Shown here piece by piece: positions 1 to 7,659 of a stretch of 64,000 bases of DNA. The notes below the pieces were generated by a model that saw nothing but the letters and a program-made list of their open reading frames with translations, did not search any database and had not been told where the DNA came from. Both the position numbers and the translations under genes were made by a program. The stretch is taken from sequence record HM035025; one strand, given 5' to 3'. Each line of letters starts with the position of its first letter. Position 1 is the stretch's first letter. Source of the stretch: Shigella phage Shfl2.

Positions 1-238
1 AGTTATCATAATGAAAATATAACATTGTACCAAAGAATGAAAATAATGAAATCGCTATAGTAAAACGAAGTTCACTCCAAACTTCTATTATATTTACTGT
101 GCCGTCAATGTTTAAAATAAGACAGTCAATTAACAATCCAAAAAGACTACCCGCAAGAGCTGCAGCCAACGCCACAGCAAAAATCAAAAATGACTCAGGA
201 AGCGAATATTTGACTTTATTTAGTTTTGGCTTTTGCAT
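1..238 (-). CDS. Membrane protein, N-terminal fragment; gene continues beyond window start
   Basis: Hand translation from ATG at 236-238 gives MQKPKLNKVKYSLPESFLIFAVALAAALAGSLFGLLIDCLIL..., two hydrophobic helices, no stop before position 1. Confidence 0.4.
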   Translation of the reverse strand, partial: MQKPKLNKVKYSLPESFLIFAVALAAALAGSLFGLLIDCLILNIDGTVNIIEVWSELRFTIAISLFSFFGTMLYFHYDN

Positions 239-612
239 CGTGATTCCTTAACAAATTTCATAATTTCATTAAATTCATACATATCAAGTTTAAGCTGATG
301 TTCCTTTTTAATCTTTTTACACTGTGCTTTCCAATCACGTACGCGTTTACGATAATGTCTTCCTTGATACCAGTATCCTACCCAATTTACGGGTACTAAT
401 AAAAGTGGAACTACCAATGGAAGAATTAGCATTAACACAAGTATTTCGCCAGAATCAATATCAGTCATAACATCTAAAACACCTCCAATAATCAATAGAA
501 TTACAAATGATATAAGTATAACAGGACCTATTAATACATCAGTAGAAATTATCTGACGCTTTAATTCATACTTCAAAGGTTTACTTGGAAGGTATAGTGA
601 TGGTTTTGACAT
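220..612 (-). CDS. Small membrane protein, 2 predicted TM helices with basic C-terminal tail (about 130 aa)
   Basis: Track ORF 220..633 begins with TTG; first ATG at 610-612 preceded by AGGA; hydrophobic stretches VLIGPVILISFVILLIIGGVL and ILVLMLILPLVVPLLLVPV. Confidence 0.5.
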   Translation of the reverse strand: MSKPSLYLPSKPLKYELKRQIISTDVLIGPVILISFVILLIIGGVLDVMTDIDSGEILVLMLILPLVVPLLLVPVNWVGYWYQGRHYRKRVRDWKAQCKKIKKEHQLKLDMYEFNEIMKFVKESRCKSQN

Positions 613-1183
613 ATTCTCTGCATTCCTTAACAAATTTTTCTAATAATAAATCGCTTTCAAAATTGGGATTTTCTACGAATTTATCAAAAAGATCATCAAC
701 AATATTCAAGATATTCCTTTTACTAAGAATACGTTTATTTTCATGCTTCGTTTCAGAGTCAACTATAAGAGTAAAGAAATATTTCTTTCCCTGAAATTTT
801 ACCGTAGTATCAATATAAAATAAATTTGACTTTTGTAAATTACGTTTAAACCATGCGTCGCTTAAACTATAAACACCGAGATAATCAAAATCGTCGTTTA
901 AATAACAAACTGACCATTCAGGAGAAACAAAATCAGTAAATTCAACGTCAAAATCACATGTTAATAAATGAATTGATTCAATACTGTTAATAAGTATTCC
1001 AGGACGTATTAAAGACTTTTTACCTCTAGAAAATCTTCCAGAAAGACTTTCATCAGTTTCATATGAAGAACCCCAATAATAATTACGTCCTTCTGCCATA
1101 CGTTTAAGAGCATTTAATAATTGATCTGGAACATCAACCTGTCTTTGGAACTCTTCAAACATTGAATTAAAATCACTTTGCAT
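581..1183 (-). CDS. Hypothetical protein, about 200 aa, soluble
   Basis: Track ORF 581..1189; second ATG at 1181-1183 has better AGGA spacing; 3' end overlaps downstream membrane-protein start by about 30 nt. Confidence 0.5.
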   Translation of the reverse strand: MQSDFNSMFEEFQRQVDVPDQLLNALKRMAEGRNYYWGSSYETDESLSGRFSRGKKSLIRPGILINSIESIHLLTCDFDVEFTDFVSPEWSVCYLNDDFDYLGVYSLSDAWFKRNLQKSNLFYIDTTVKFQGKKYFFTLIVDSETKHENKRILSKRNILNIVDDLFDKFVENPNFESDLLLEKFVKECREYVKTITIPSK

Positions 1184-1210
1184 TTTCATTCCTATTTACT
1201 CTAAGTAATA

Positions 1211-1224
1211 GGGGCCGAAGCCCC
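1211..1224 (-). terminator. GC-rich tetraloop hairpin GGGGC-CGAA-GCCCC, intercistronic
   Basis: Sequence read at 1211-1224; identical copies at 41132 and 62199. Confidence 0.4.
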
Positions 1225-1230
1225 TTATCA

Positions 1231-1824
1231 TTATTTCAGAGAATTAATATATTCCTGAACATCGGCAGAGGTAGTTTCAACCCCAGAAATATTACCATTA
1301 AAGGTTTCAACTCGAGCAAGTGTGTCTTCAATATCAACCTTAGTCAGTGCTGCAATTTCAACTACATCATCGGCAGTACTAATTCCGAGAGCATTTGCTG
1401 CACGAGTTTCACGGATATATTCCAATTTAATTGCAAGTTCTTGGCGAGCATCATCTAACTCAACTACTTTCTTGGCGATTTCAATTCGCATTTCAGCATA
1501 ACCATCAGCTTTAGTAGTCAACTGTTCAGCTGTTCGACGATATAGCAAACCGAGTTTAGCATGCATTGTTACATCTTGACCTTCGGAAAGAAGCTTGCGA
1601 ATTTCACGCTCTTTTGATTCGGCCTGCTTATTCTTTTCGACAATAAGTTCACGAATGCGTTTTTCTTCGTTAATAGATTTAACGGAAGCAGTTTTTAGGT
1701 CTTTAATCTTATCAAGTAGTTTTGCTGCCGCAGCAGTATACTGCTCTTCAACAGATAGATTTTTAGCCATAGCAGAACCAAGTTTAGTGCGAATAAACTC
1801 AACAATTTTCTTCAGTGTGTTCAT
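1231..1824 (-). CDS. Coiled-coil protein with PspA/IM30 (phage shock protein A)-like features, 197 aa
   Basis: Track ORF; ATG at 1822-1824 preceded by AGGAA; long heptad-rich helices; segments such as ARVETFNG and [18 protein letters not shown] resemble PspA helix patterns (recalled, unverified). Confidence 0.5.
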   Translation of the reverse strand: MNTLKKIVEFIRTKLGSAMAKNLSVEEQYTAAAAKLLDKIKDLKTASVKSINEEKRIRELIVEKNKQAESKEREIRKLLSEGQDVTMHAKLGLLYRRTAEQLTTKADGYAEMRIEIAKKVVELDDARQELAIKLEYIRETRAANALGISTADDVVEIAALTKVDIEDTLARVETFNGNISGVETTSADVQEYINSLK

Positions 1825-1867
1825 AGTATTTCCTTAGGTTAATTAAGATTTAAAATCCACGAGAGTA

Positions 1868-2044
1868 TTATACTCCGGATAGTTTGTAAACTATTTCAAC
1901 ATCGCCTTTTGCTGCTTTATAACCTTCAGCCCAAGATACAACCGAGTTTTTATCCGAAGATTCAAATTCTGGCATTGGGCTTTCGCCAATGTTCACACAA
2001 TATGTTTCTTCATTTTCGTCAAACCAAATAATTAAAGTAGTCAT
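1868..2044 (-). CDS. Small hypothetical protein, 58 aa
   Basis: Hand translation MTTLIIWFDENEETYCVNIGESPMPEFESSDKNSVVSWAEGYKAAKGDVEIVYKLSGV; GGAG RBS before ATG at 2042-2044; below the track size cutoff. Confidence 0.35.
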   Translation of the reverse strand: MTTLIIWFDENEETYCVNIGESPMPEFESSDKNSVVSWAEGYKAAKGDVEIVYKLSGV

Positions 2045-2113
2045 TTATTTCTCCGTTTTCTGTATTTGTTTTGATAAGTCTATAATAACACCGTCCTTGG
2101 TGTTTGTACACAA

Positions 2114-2377
2114 TTATTTCATATTATTGAAATATTCTTCTGCGATTTCATCGTTATCATGGTAAACTTTAGAAGACAGTTTAACATAACCTTCAGCAGT
2201 GAACATGTTAATCACAACCTTTACAGTATACCACTGACCGTCTTCATTACCCATTACTGCGTAAGTTTCAAACATCGGATGATCAGGACCGATAACTTTA
2301 ATATCATTCACCGTACGACCGAAATCTTCTGAAACACATTTCATAAAGAAGTTGAACAGTTCGCCGTAATTATCCAT
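2114..2377 (-). CDS. Hypothetical protein, about 87 aa
   Basis: Track ORF 2114..2389; internal ATG (MDNYGEL) has GGAG at good spacing. Confidence 0.45.
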   Translation of the reverse strand: MDNYGELFNFFMKCVSEDFGRTVNDIKVIGPDHPMFETYAVMGNEDGQWYTVKVVINMFTAEGYVKLSSKVYHDNDEIAEEYFNNMK

Positions 2378-2399
2378 TTCATTCTCCAAGTTGTTTTCT

Positions 2400-2465
2400 G
2401 TATCAGTAGTTGATAGTTGTATAATACCATGGAAGAACAGGGATGTAAACAGTTTTGTGAAAAAA
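2400..2465 (-). promoter_or_regulatory. T4 early (sigma70-like) promoter, GTTTACA -35 and TATTAT -10 on minus strand
   Basis: Reverse complement reads ...ctGTTTACAtccctgttcttccatggTATTATAcaac upstream of ORF starting near 2377. Confidence 0.45.
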
Positions 2466-2580
2466 AATTTTAAAGGTTTTGGGGAATTCTAGGGCAGAGA
2501 GGGGAAATCAAAGGATAGGATAATATATTATAAAGGGTAGAAACTAAATGATGTCTAGAGAGGCCTGGAAAGGCCTAGAT

Positions 2581-2610
2581 ACCAAAAATCCCTATCATTT
2601 AGATAGGGAT
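2581..2610 (-). terminator. Rho-independent terminator after IPIII-like gene
   Basis: 9-bp stem ATCCCTATC/GATAGGGAT with 5-nt loop, followed on minus strand by UUUUGG. Confidence 0.5.
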
Positions 2611-2616
2611 TTAAAA

Positions 2617-3183
2617 TTATTTACCCAGTTTAGTTATTATAGCTTCGGCAGCAGCTTTTAGCTTAGATGCAGTGTTAATACGATTTTTAATTTCAGTATA
2701 CGCATCGCCAAGAACATCAAGGCTATCTGAATAAACACTTACACTATTGCGTTCACTATTTGAAATAGAACCTTTAGTTTTACGATCAAAATCGGTGTAC
2801 ACGTCTTGAAGATCGCGGGCTGCCTTCTTTGCATCATCCAATGCATCAAGAGCTTTATTCAAAGCATTAACATATTTTTTAGTGTCAAACATATTCTTAG
2901 AAATTTTGACGGGTGCGCGTTCAGGAGTAGCTAAGGCAGATTTAGGAAGAACCTGTTTGCCAGATGCCAGTTTCTTAGAAATTTTAAAAAACGCTTTATT
3001 GAAATTATTTTCTTGACTCATCGTAAAAGAACTATTATCAATGTTATACATTTCAATAGCTTTAGCTTTCCACTTAAGAAAATCGCCCCGGTCTTTTGGG
3101 TCCAAGTGGAAGAATACTTTAGTAAGTTCTGCTTCAGATGGTAATTTTGCTGCTTCGGTTAAAAATTCGGCATAGGTTTTCAT
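2617..3183 (-). CDS. Internal head protein with capsid targeting sequence (IPIII-like), 188 aa
   Basis: N-terminus MKTYAEFLTE matches the T4 internal-protein CTS (MKTYQEFIAE, cleaved by gp21 after E); ATG at 3181-3183. Confidence 0.7.
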   Translation of the reverse strand: MKTYAEFLTEAAKLPSEAELTKVFFHLDPKDRGDFLKWKAKAIEMYNIDNSSFTMSQENNFNKAFFKISKKLASGKQVLPKSALATPERAPVKISKNMFDTKKYVNALNKALDALDDAKKAARDLQDVYTDFDRKTKGSISNSERNSVSVYSDSLDVLGDAYTEIKNRINTASKLKAAAEAIITKLGK

Positions 3184-3275
3184 TTAAAATCCTTGAAATA
3201 ATTTATCGGTCGGTTATTAATTATTTATTTATTACTTTGTTATTATCCGTAACAGCATTCTCTATGTGATTCAAA

Positions 3276-3305
3276 CTAAAAAGCCCCAACCTTTCGGTCG
3301 GGGCT
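3276..3305 (-). terminator. Rho-independent terminator at distal end of tRNA/stable-RNA locus
   Basis: Minus strand reads AGCCCCGACC-GAAA-GGUUGGGGCU followed by UUUUU (GNRA tetraloop). Confidence 0.6.
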
Positions 3306-3600
3306 AAGCCTTGCGGCAACCTTGTCGGGGTTCCACCTGCTAAGGCAAGTGTTTGTACGAAACGCCGGGATTCGAACCCGGTTATTAAGCAGTTGACGCT
3401 ACTCAATATTTTTAAAAGGCCATATCTCGACCATATCCGAACGTTCCGTCAAAAACGCTACTCGGCTTATGGCAAAGATATTTCCTCGAATCGATAATTC
3501 GGTGCGCCGTTTCTGCTGTGATAGTAAAGAATCAGAACACAGTAAAACTGTGGGAGAAACTATACTCCAGGGAACATCAGTCCGACGACTTACCGGTAGC
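3306..3600 (-). ncRNA. Putative small stable RNA(s), possibly equivalent to T4 rnaC/rnaD; boundaries uncertain
   Basis: GC-richer non-coding stretch between an ORF and the terminator; tRNA-like T-arm CCGGGTTCGAATCCCGG on minus strand near 3362-3378; motif GAGUAGCGU occurs twice. Confidence 0.3.
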
Positions 3601-3611
3601 GACCCGGCTTC

Positions 3612-3962
3612 TTAATATTCTTTTAAAGCATCAATATGTTCACGGCGTTTACGCCATAAATCAATTGCTTCATACGCGGATTCAACATTTCGAATTGGAC
3701 GGCATTTATATAAAGATTTGTGATTTTGATATTGTGTAGATAACGGAATTTTATCTAAAAGGTCTTTACGTTCAAAATATTCGTAACCATCTAAACCAAA
3801 TGAACGATTTTTGAGAAATTGCCAATGACCATATTCATTTTCAACATAAATATAATCTGCGTGCTGATAAAGCAAATTAATTATACGTTCAGAAATAACA
3901 GTATCATTATGATTAAAATAGAATGTTAAATCATGAACTACTAAATAAACATTACCTTTCAT
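3612..3962 (-). CDS. Hypothetical protein, 116 aa, between tRNA-Arg and stable-RNA region
   Basis: Track ORF 3612..4010 is TTG-initiated and would overlap tRNA-Arg; ATG at 3960-3962 preceded by GAGGAAAAT. Confidence 0.45.
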   Translation of the reverse strand: MKGNVYLVVHDLTFYFNHNDTVISERIINLLYQHADYIYVENEYGHWQFLKNRSFGLDGYEYFERKDLLDKIPLSTQYQNHKSLYKCRPIRNVESAYEAIDLWRKRREHIDALKEY

Positions 3963-3980
3963 ATTTTCCTCACTTATAAT

Positions 3981-4057
3981 TGGTCGAGACAGAAGGATTC
4001 TAACCTTCAACCCACGGATTAGAAGTCCGTTGCTCTATACAATTGAGCTATGCCTCG
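3981..4057 (-). tRNA. tRNA-Arg (anticodon UCU)
   Basis: Hand fold: acceptor CGAGGCA/TGTCTCG, anticodon stem ACGGA/TCCGT, loop CUUCUAA, encoded CCA; T-loop TTAGAAT is atypical. Confidence 0.7.
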
Positions 4058-4061
4058 TATT

Positions 4062-4136
4062 TGGCGGACGTGATAGGATTCGAACCTATAACCAATCGCT
4101 TAACAGGCGATCGCTCTGCCATTGAGCTACACATCC
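4062..4136 (-). tRNA. tRNA-Asn (anticodon GUU)
   Basis: Hand fold: acceptor GGATGTG/CACGTCC, anticodon stem ATCGC/GCGAT, loop CUGUUAA, T-loop TTCGAAT, encoded CCA. Confidence 0.8.
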
Positions 4137-4140
4137 AAAT

Positions 4141-4227
4141 TGGTGGGGAGTGATGGAGTCGAACCACCCGAGTCGCAATGACAATGGATTTACAGTCCAC
4201 ACCGCTACCTCTACGGGATAACTCCCC
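4141..4227 (-). tRNA. tRNA-Tyr (anticodon GUA), long variable arm
   Basis: Hand fold: acceptor GGGGAGT/ACTCCCC, anticodon loop CUGUAAA, long variable arm typical of bacterial-type Tyr, T-loop TTCGACT, encoded CCA. Confidence 0.75.
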
Positions 4228-4236
4228 AAATTAATT

Positions 4237-4311
4237 TGGTGGCCCTGGGTGGAATTGAACCACCATCTGGCGATTATGAGTCGCTTGCTTGAACCTTCCA
4301 GCTACAGGGCC
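4237..4311 (-). tRNA. tRNA with CAU anticodon, probably Ile (lysidine-type) as in T4 tRNA-Ile; Met not excluded
   Basis: Hand fold: acceptor GGCCCTG/CAGGGCC, anticodon loop CUCAUAA, encoded CCA; position corresponds to T4 tRNA-Ile. Confidence 0.7.
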
Positions 4312-4312
4312 T

Positions 4313-4388
4313 TGGTGCTGATTGACGGAATCGAACCGCCGACGTCCTCATTACAAGTGAGGTGCTCTACCTACTGAGCTAAATCAGC
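4313..4388 (-). tRNA. tRNA-Thr (anticodon UGU)
   Basis: Hand fold: acceptor GCTGATT/AATCAGC, anticodon stem CCTCA/TGAGG, loop CUUGUAA, encoded CCA. Confidence 0.8.
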
Positions 4389-4390
4389 AA

Positions 4391-4477
4391 CGGAGGCGAT
4401 AGGATTTGAACCTATGAGTCGCCGGAGCGACTGCCGGTTTTCAAGACCGGTGCATTAAACCACTCTGCCACGCCTCC
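4391..4477 (-). tRNA. tRNA-Ser (anticodon UGA), long variable arm
   Basis: Hand fold: acceptor GGAGGCG/CGCCTCC, anticodon stem CCGGT/ACCGG, loop CUUGAAA, T-loop TTCAAAT; no encoded CCA. Confidence 0.8.
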
Positions 4478-4479
4478 AG

Positions 4480-4553
4480 TCTCCGTGGCAGGATTTGAAC
4501 CTACGACATTCTGCTCCCAAAGCAGACGCTCTACCAAACTGAGCTACACGGAG
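4480..4553 (-). tRNA. tRNA-Pro (anticodon UGG)
   Basis: Hand fold: acceptor CTCCGTG/CACGGAG, anticodon stem TCTGC/GCAGA, loop UUUGGGA, T-loop TTCAAAT; no encoded CCA. Confidence 0.8.
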
Positions 4554-4563
4554 TAAATTAAAT

Positions 4564-4637
<74 letters not shown>

Positions 4638-4642
4638 AAATT

Positions 4643-4729
4643 TGGTGCGAGAAGTGGGACTCGAACCCACAAGGAAATCATTCCGCAGCATTTTAAGTGC
4701 TGTGCCTTTACCAATTTGGCCATTCTCGC
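4643..4729 (-). tRNA. tRNA-Leu (anticodon UAA), long variable arm
   Basis: Hand fold: acceptor GCGAGAA/TTCTCGC, anticodon stem CAGCA/TGCTG, loop CUUAAAA, T-loop TTCGAGT, encoded CCA. Confidence 0.8.
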
Positions 4730-4730
4730 G

Positions 4731-4803
4731 CTGGGAATAAAGGACTCGAACCTTTGCATCCTGGAATCAAAATCCAGTGCCTTACCAACTTGGCTAATTC
4801 CCA
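4731..4803 (-). tRNA. tRNA-Gln (anticodon UUG)
   Basis: Hand fold: acceptor TGGGAAT/ATTCCCA, anticodon stem CTGGA/TCCAG, loop UUUUGAU, T-loop TTCGAGT; no encoded CCA; abuts tRNA-Leu as in the T4 Gln-Leu pair. Confidence 0.8.
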
Positions 4804-4900
4804 ATTATTAACAAAGGCTCTCTAACAAGAACCCTTGATGATAGAGGGTATTAATCAGTGCGGTATGAGTTAATAATAACAAATAATTCTTAAAGCATAT

Positions 4901-5188
4901 TTACCATTTATGATGATACATACTTACGATGCATTCAAGACCCAAAGGATTCTTGAAAATATCATATTCAAGAGGACCTTTTTCTGTTTCAATAAAGAAA
5001 TCAAAATTTACTGTATTAAATTTACGGTCTTCCTTTACTAATTTAACTTGAGAAGATGAACGGTCAATGTAAACCTTTTCAACTTCAAAACATGTTAAAA
5101 TGCCATAATCATCGATCAAGGCTTTAGCTGCTTCTTGATCATATTTATATCCATTTTCAATGGATGATACTTTCGCATAAAGAATCAT
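4901..5188 (-). CDS. Hypothetical protein, 95 aa, third gene of early operon in IPI locus
   Basis: Track ORF; ATG at 5186-5188 with AGAGG RBS inside upstream gene; 2-nt gap to upstream stop. Confidence 0.5.
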   Translation of the reverse strand: MILYAKVSSIENGYKYDQEAAKALIDDYGILTCFEVEKVYIDRSSSQVKLVKEDRKFNTVNFDFFIETEKGPLEYDIFKNPLGLECIVSMYHHKW

Positions 5189-5190
5189 TA

Positions 5191-5601
5191 TCAGCCTCTA
5201 TCAACGATAGTATGAGTATGGGCATTTACGATTTGCCACCAGTCGAAACGATTGGAACCATAATCTGGTTTATTTTCATTTTCTTTAATGATATCACGCA
5301 GCTTATCTTCTGTTTCAGCATACGCAATTAAATCATCATACCCACCGCAAGGATAATAATTATCACCTGCGAATAAAAGAAAATTTACCTTAGATGGATT
5401 TACGTAATAATGGTCTTTAGGATATTTAGTTCCTCTCCAATCAGTTACTTCAACATAACGGTAAGAAAATCCATTTTTACTTTCAATCCAACTCCACGCT
5501 TCAAAAGGAGTATTAAAAACTCTATCAGGTATTAAATTACCTTCAAAATGAGAAGGATTTGCATAATCCCCGGCATAAACATAATATTCGTTAATACTCA
5601 T
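5191..5601 (-). CDS. Hypothetical protein, 136 aa, Tyr/Trp-rich
   Basis: Track ORF; ATG at 5599-5601 with GGTGA RBS; adjacent to upstream stop. Confidence 0.55.
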   Translation of the reverse strand: MSINEYYVYAGDYANPSHFEGNLIPDRVFNTPFEAWSWIESKNGFSYRYVEVTDWRGTKYPKDHYYVNPSKVNFLLFAGDNYYPCGGYDDLIAYAETEDKLRDIIKENENKPDYGSNRFDWWQIVNAHTHTIVDRG

Positions 5602-5787
5602 TTATTCACCTTTAGAAATTTTATCCATAACGATAGCGATTAAACCAATTAAAAATGCTACTACAAGTGAAAACACATTTTCTGTTGTAGTTAATAATCC
5701 GCATATAAATCCAGCAAACATTGAAAAACTAAAAGCGGAAGCAGAAATTGCAATAGCAACATTTCGAATTAATTCACAACGTTTCAT
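5602..5787 (-). CDS. Small membrane protein, 61 aa, 2 predicted TM helices
   Basis: Track ORF; ATG at 5785-5787 with GAGGAG RBS; hydrophobic AIAISASAFSFSMFAGFICGLL and FSLVVAFLIGLIAIVM. Confidence 0.5.
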   Translation of the reverse strand: MKRCELIRNVAIAISASAFSFSMFAGFICGLLTTTENVFSLVVAFLIGLIAIVMDKISKGE

Positions 5788-5799
5788 TTTATTCTCCTC

Positions 5800-5855
5800 A
5801 GTAGTTGATAGGGTAATAGTATCACAACTAAAACCCTATGTAAACAACTTTGTGA
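5800..5855 (-). promoter_or_regulatory. T4 early promoter (GTTTACA -35, TACTAT -10) with inverted repeat ATAGGGT/ACCCTAT bracketing the -10
   Basis: Reverse complement reads aaagttGTTTACAtagggttttagttgtgaTACTATtaccctat; inverted repeat at 5808-5839. Confidence 0.5.
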
Positions 5856-5857
5856 AA

Positions 5858-6115
5858 TTATTTTAAATCTTCTAATCGTTTCTTCATCTTAGAACCGTTC
5901 TTAGCGATTTCGCCTGCATCAGAGCATAATGCTAAAAGCGCTTTAACTTTAGTTTGGTCTCCTTTAAAAGATGAAGGATCGACTGCAGCAGCAAGTTCTT
6001 TAATACGAGAAAAAAGACGCTCAGCTTCAGCTAAAGCCATTCCAAGTTTTACTTCCATACCGTGGGAAGATTCAGTGATAGTAGTTTTTGTAGCAAACTC
6101 TTTGAAAGTTTTCAT
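5858..6115 (-). CDS. Internal head protein with capsid targeting sequence, IPI-locus variant, 85 aa
   Basis: N-terminus MKTFKEFATK...ITE matches the T4 IP CTS; sits at the T4 ipI position upstream of 57B; sequence differs from my recollection of T4 IPI. Confidence 0.65.
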   Translation of the reverse strand: MKTFKEFATKTTITESSHGMEVKLGMALAEAERLFSRIKELAAAVDPSSFKGDQTKVKALLALCSDAGEIAKNGSKMKKRLEDLK

Positions 6116-6124
6116 TTTATTTTC

Positions 6125-6185
6125 CTAATTAATTTTGATGAGGTAATAGTATCACTACCTCATCAGCATGTAAACAACTTTGTGA
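6125..6185 (-). promoter_or_regulatory. T4 early promoter with 10-bp inverted repeat TGATGAGGTA/TACCTCATCA around the -10
   Basis: Reverse complement reads aaagttGTTTACAtgctgatgaggtagtgaTACTATtacctcatca; inverted repeat at 6135-6164. Confidence 0.5.
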
Positions 6186-6187
6186 AA

Positions 6188-6884
<697 letters not shown>

Positions 6885-6885
<1 letters not shown>

Positions 6886-7610
6886 TATAGTACCTTTAGT
6901 GTATTTTTAATTTTAGAAAAAAGTTCTTCAAGAGAACCATCGTTTGTAATTACTAAATCGCCATCACGAATTGGCAATCCAGCTTCTGTAATATGTGTAT
7001 CATTGGATTTTTGACCAGGACGAACTACATGAATTACTGTAGCACCCATCGCCCTAGCCGCATCCATTTCATGATCTTGACGGGTATCAGGAACGATATA
7101 ATAATCATAACCTGAGTTAAATTTATCAAGATAATCTAAAGCAAATAATTTTACCCAATACATGCGGTCGAAGTTATTAACAATCAAATCCGTACCTAGG
7201 GCTTGCATCAGACGACGGACTGACCATTGATCTTCAATATTATTTATAACGTCAATAATCTTGTTAAATGCTACGGAATTAACTGATTCTTGTCCTTCGT
7301 CATCAAAAACAAACACACCCTTAATTGGGCTTTTACCATTAAGATAGCAAAATGCTTGTTCCATAATCGTGATTACTTCTGATTTAGTCAGATTTAAATT
7401 AGTCTCACGATCATAGTCAATTCCTTCAAACTCTTTACGAGTTAAGCAAGGATAGTCAGTGTTTTCTGCAAATACTCCCCATGCATAAGCCAATGCATCC
7501 TTAATAGGACCAGCAAGTTGGTATTTAACTGCAGAATAATTGCTCATGATAAAATCAGCAGTAGTATCTTTTCCACTACGCTTTACACCACTTAAAAAGA
7601 TTAGTTTCAT
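6885..7610 (-). CDS. 1: Gp1 deoxynucleoside monophosphate kinase, 241 aa
   Basis: Length and N-terminal P-loop-like SGVKRSGKDT match T4 gp1; synteny. Confidence 0.9.
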
Positions 7611-7659
7611 ATGTTTCTCCTCAAATTTAGTTAAGATTATAACACATGAAACTGAAGCA

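Noticed and set aside
3221-3406. Track ORF 3221..3406 (-), 61 aa
   Set aside because: It spans the rho-independent terminator hairpin and the tRNA-like T-arm region and has no RBS; more likely structured RNA than coding.
3518-3739. Track ORF 3518..3739 (+), 73 aa
   Set aside because: It is antisense to the 116-aa minus-strand ORF and overlaps the putative stable-RNA region; no RBS.
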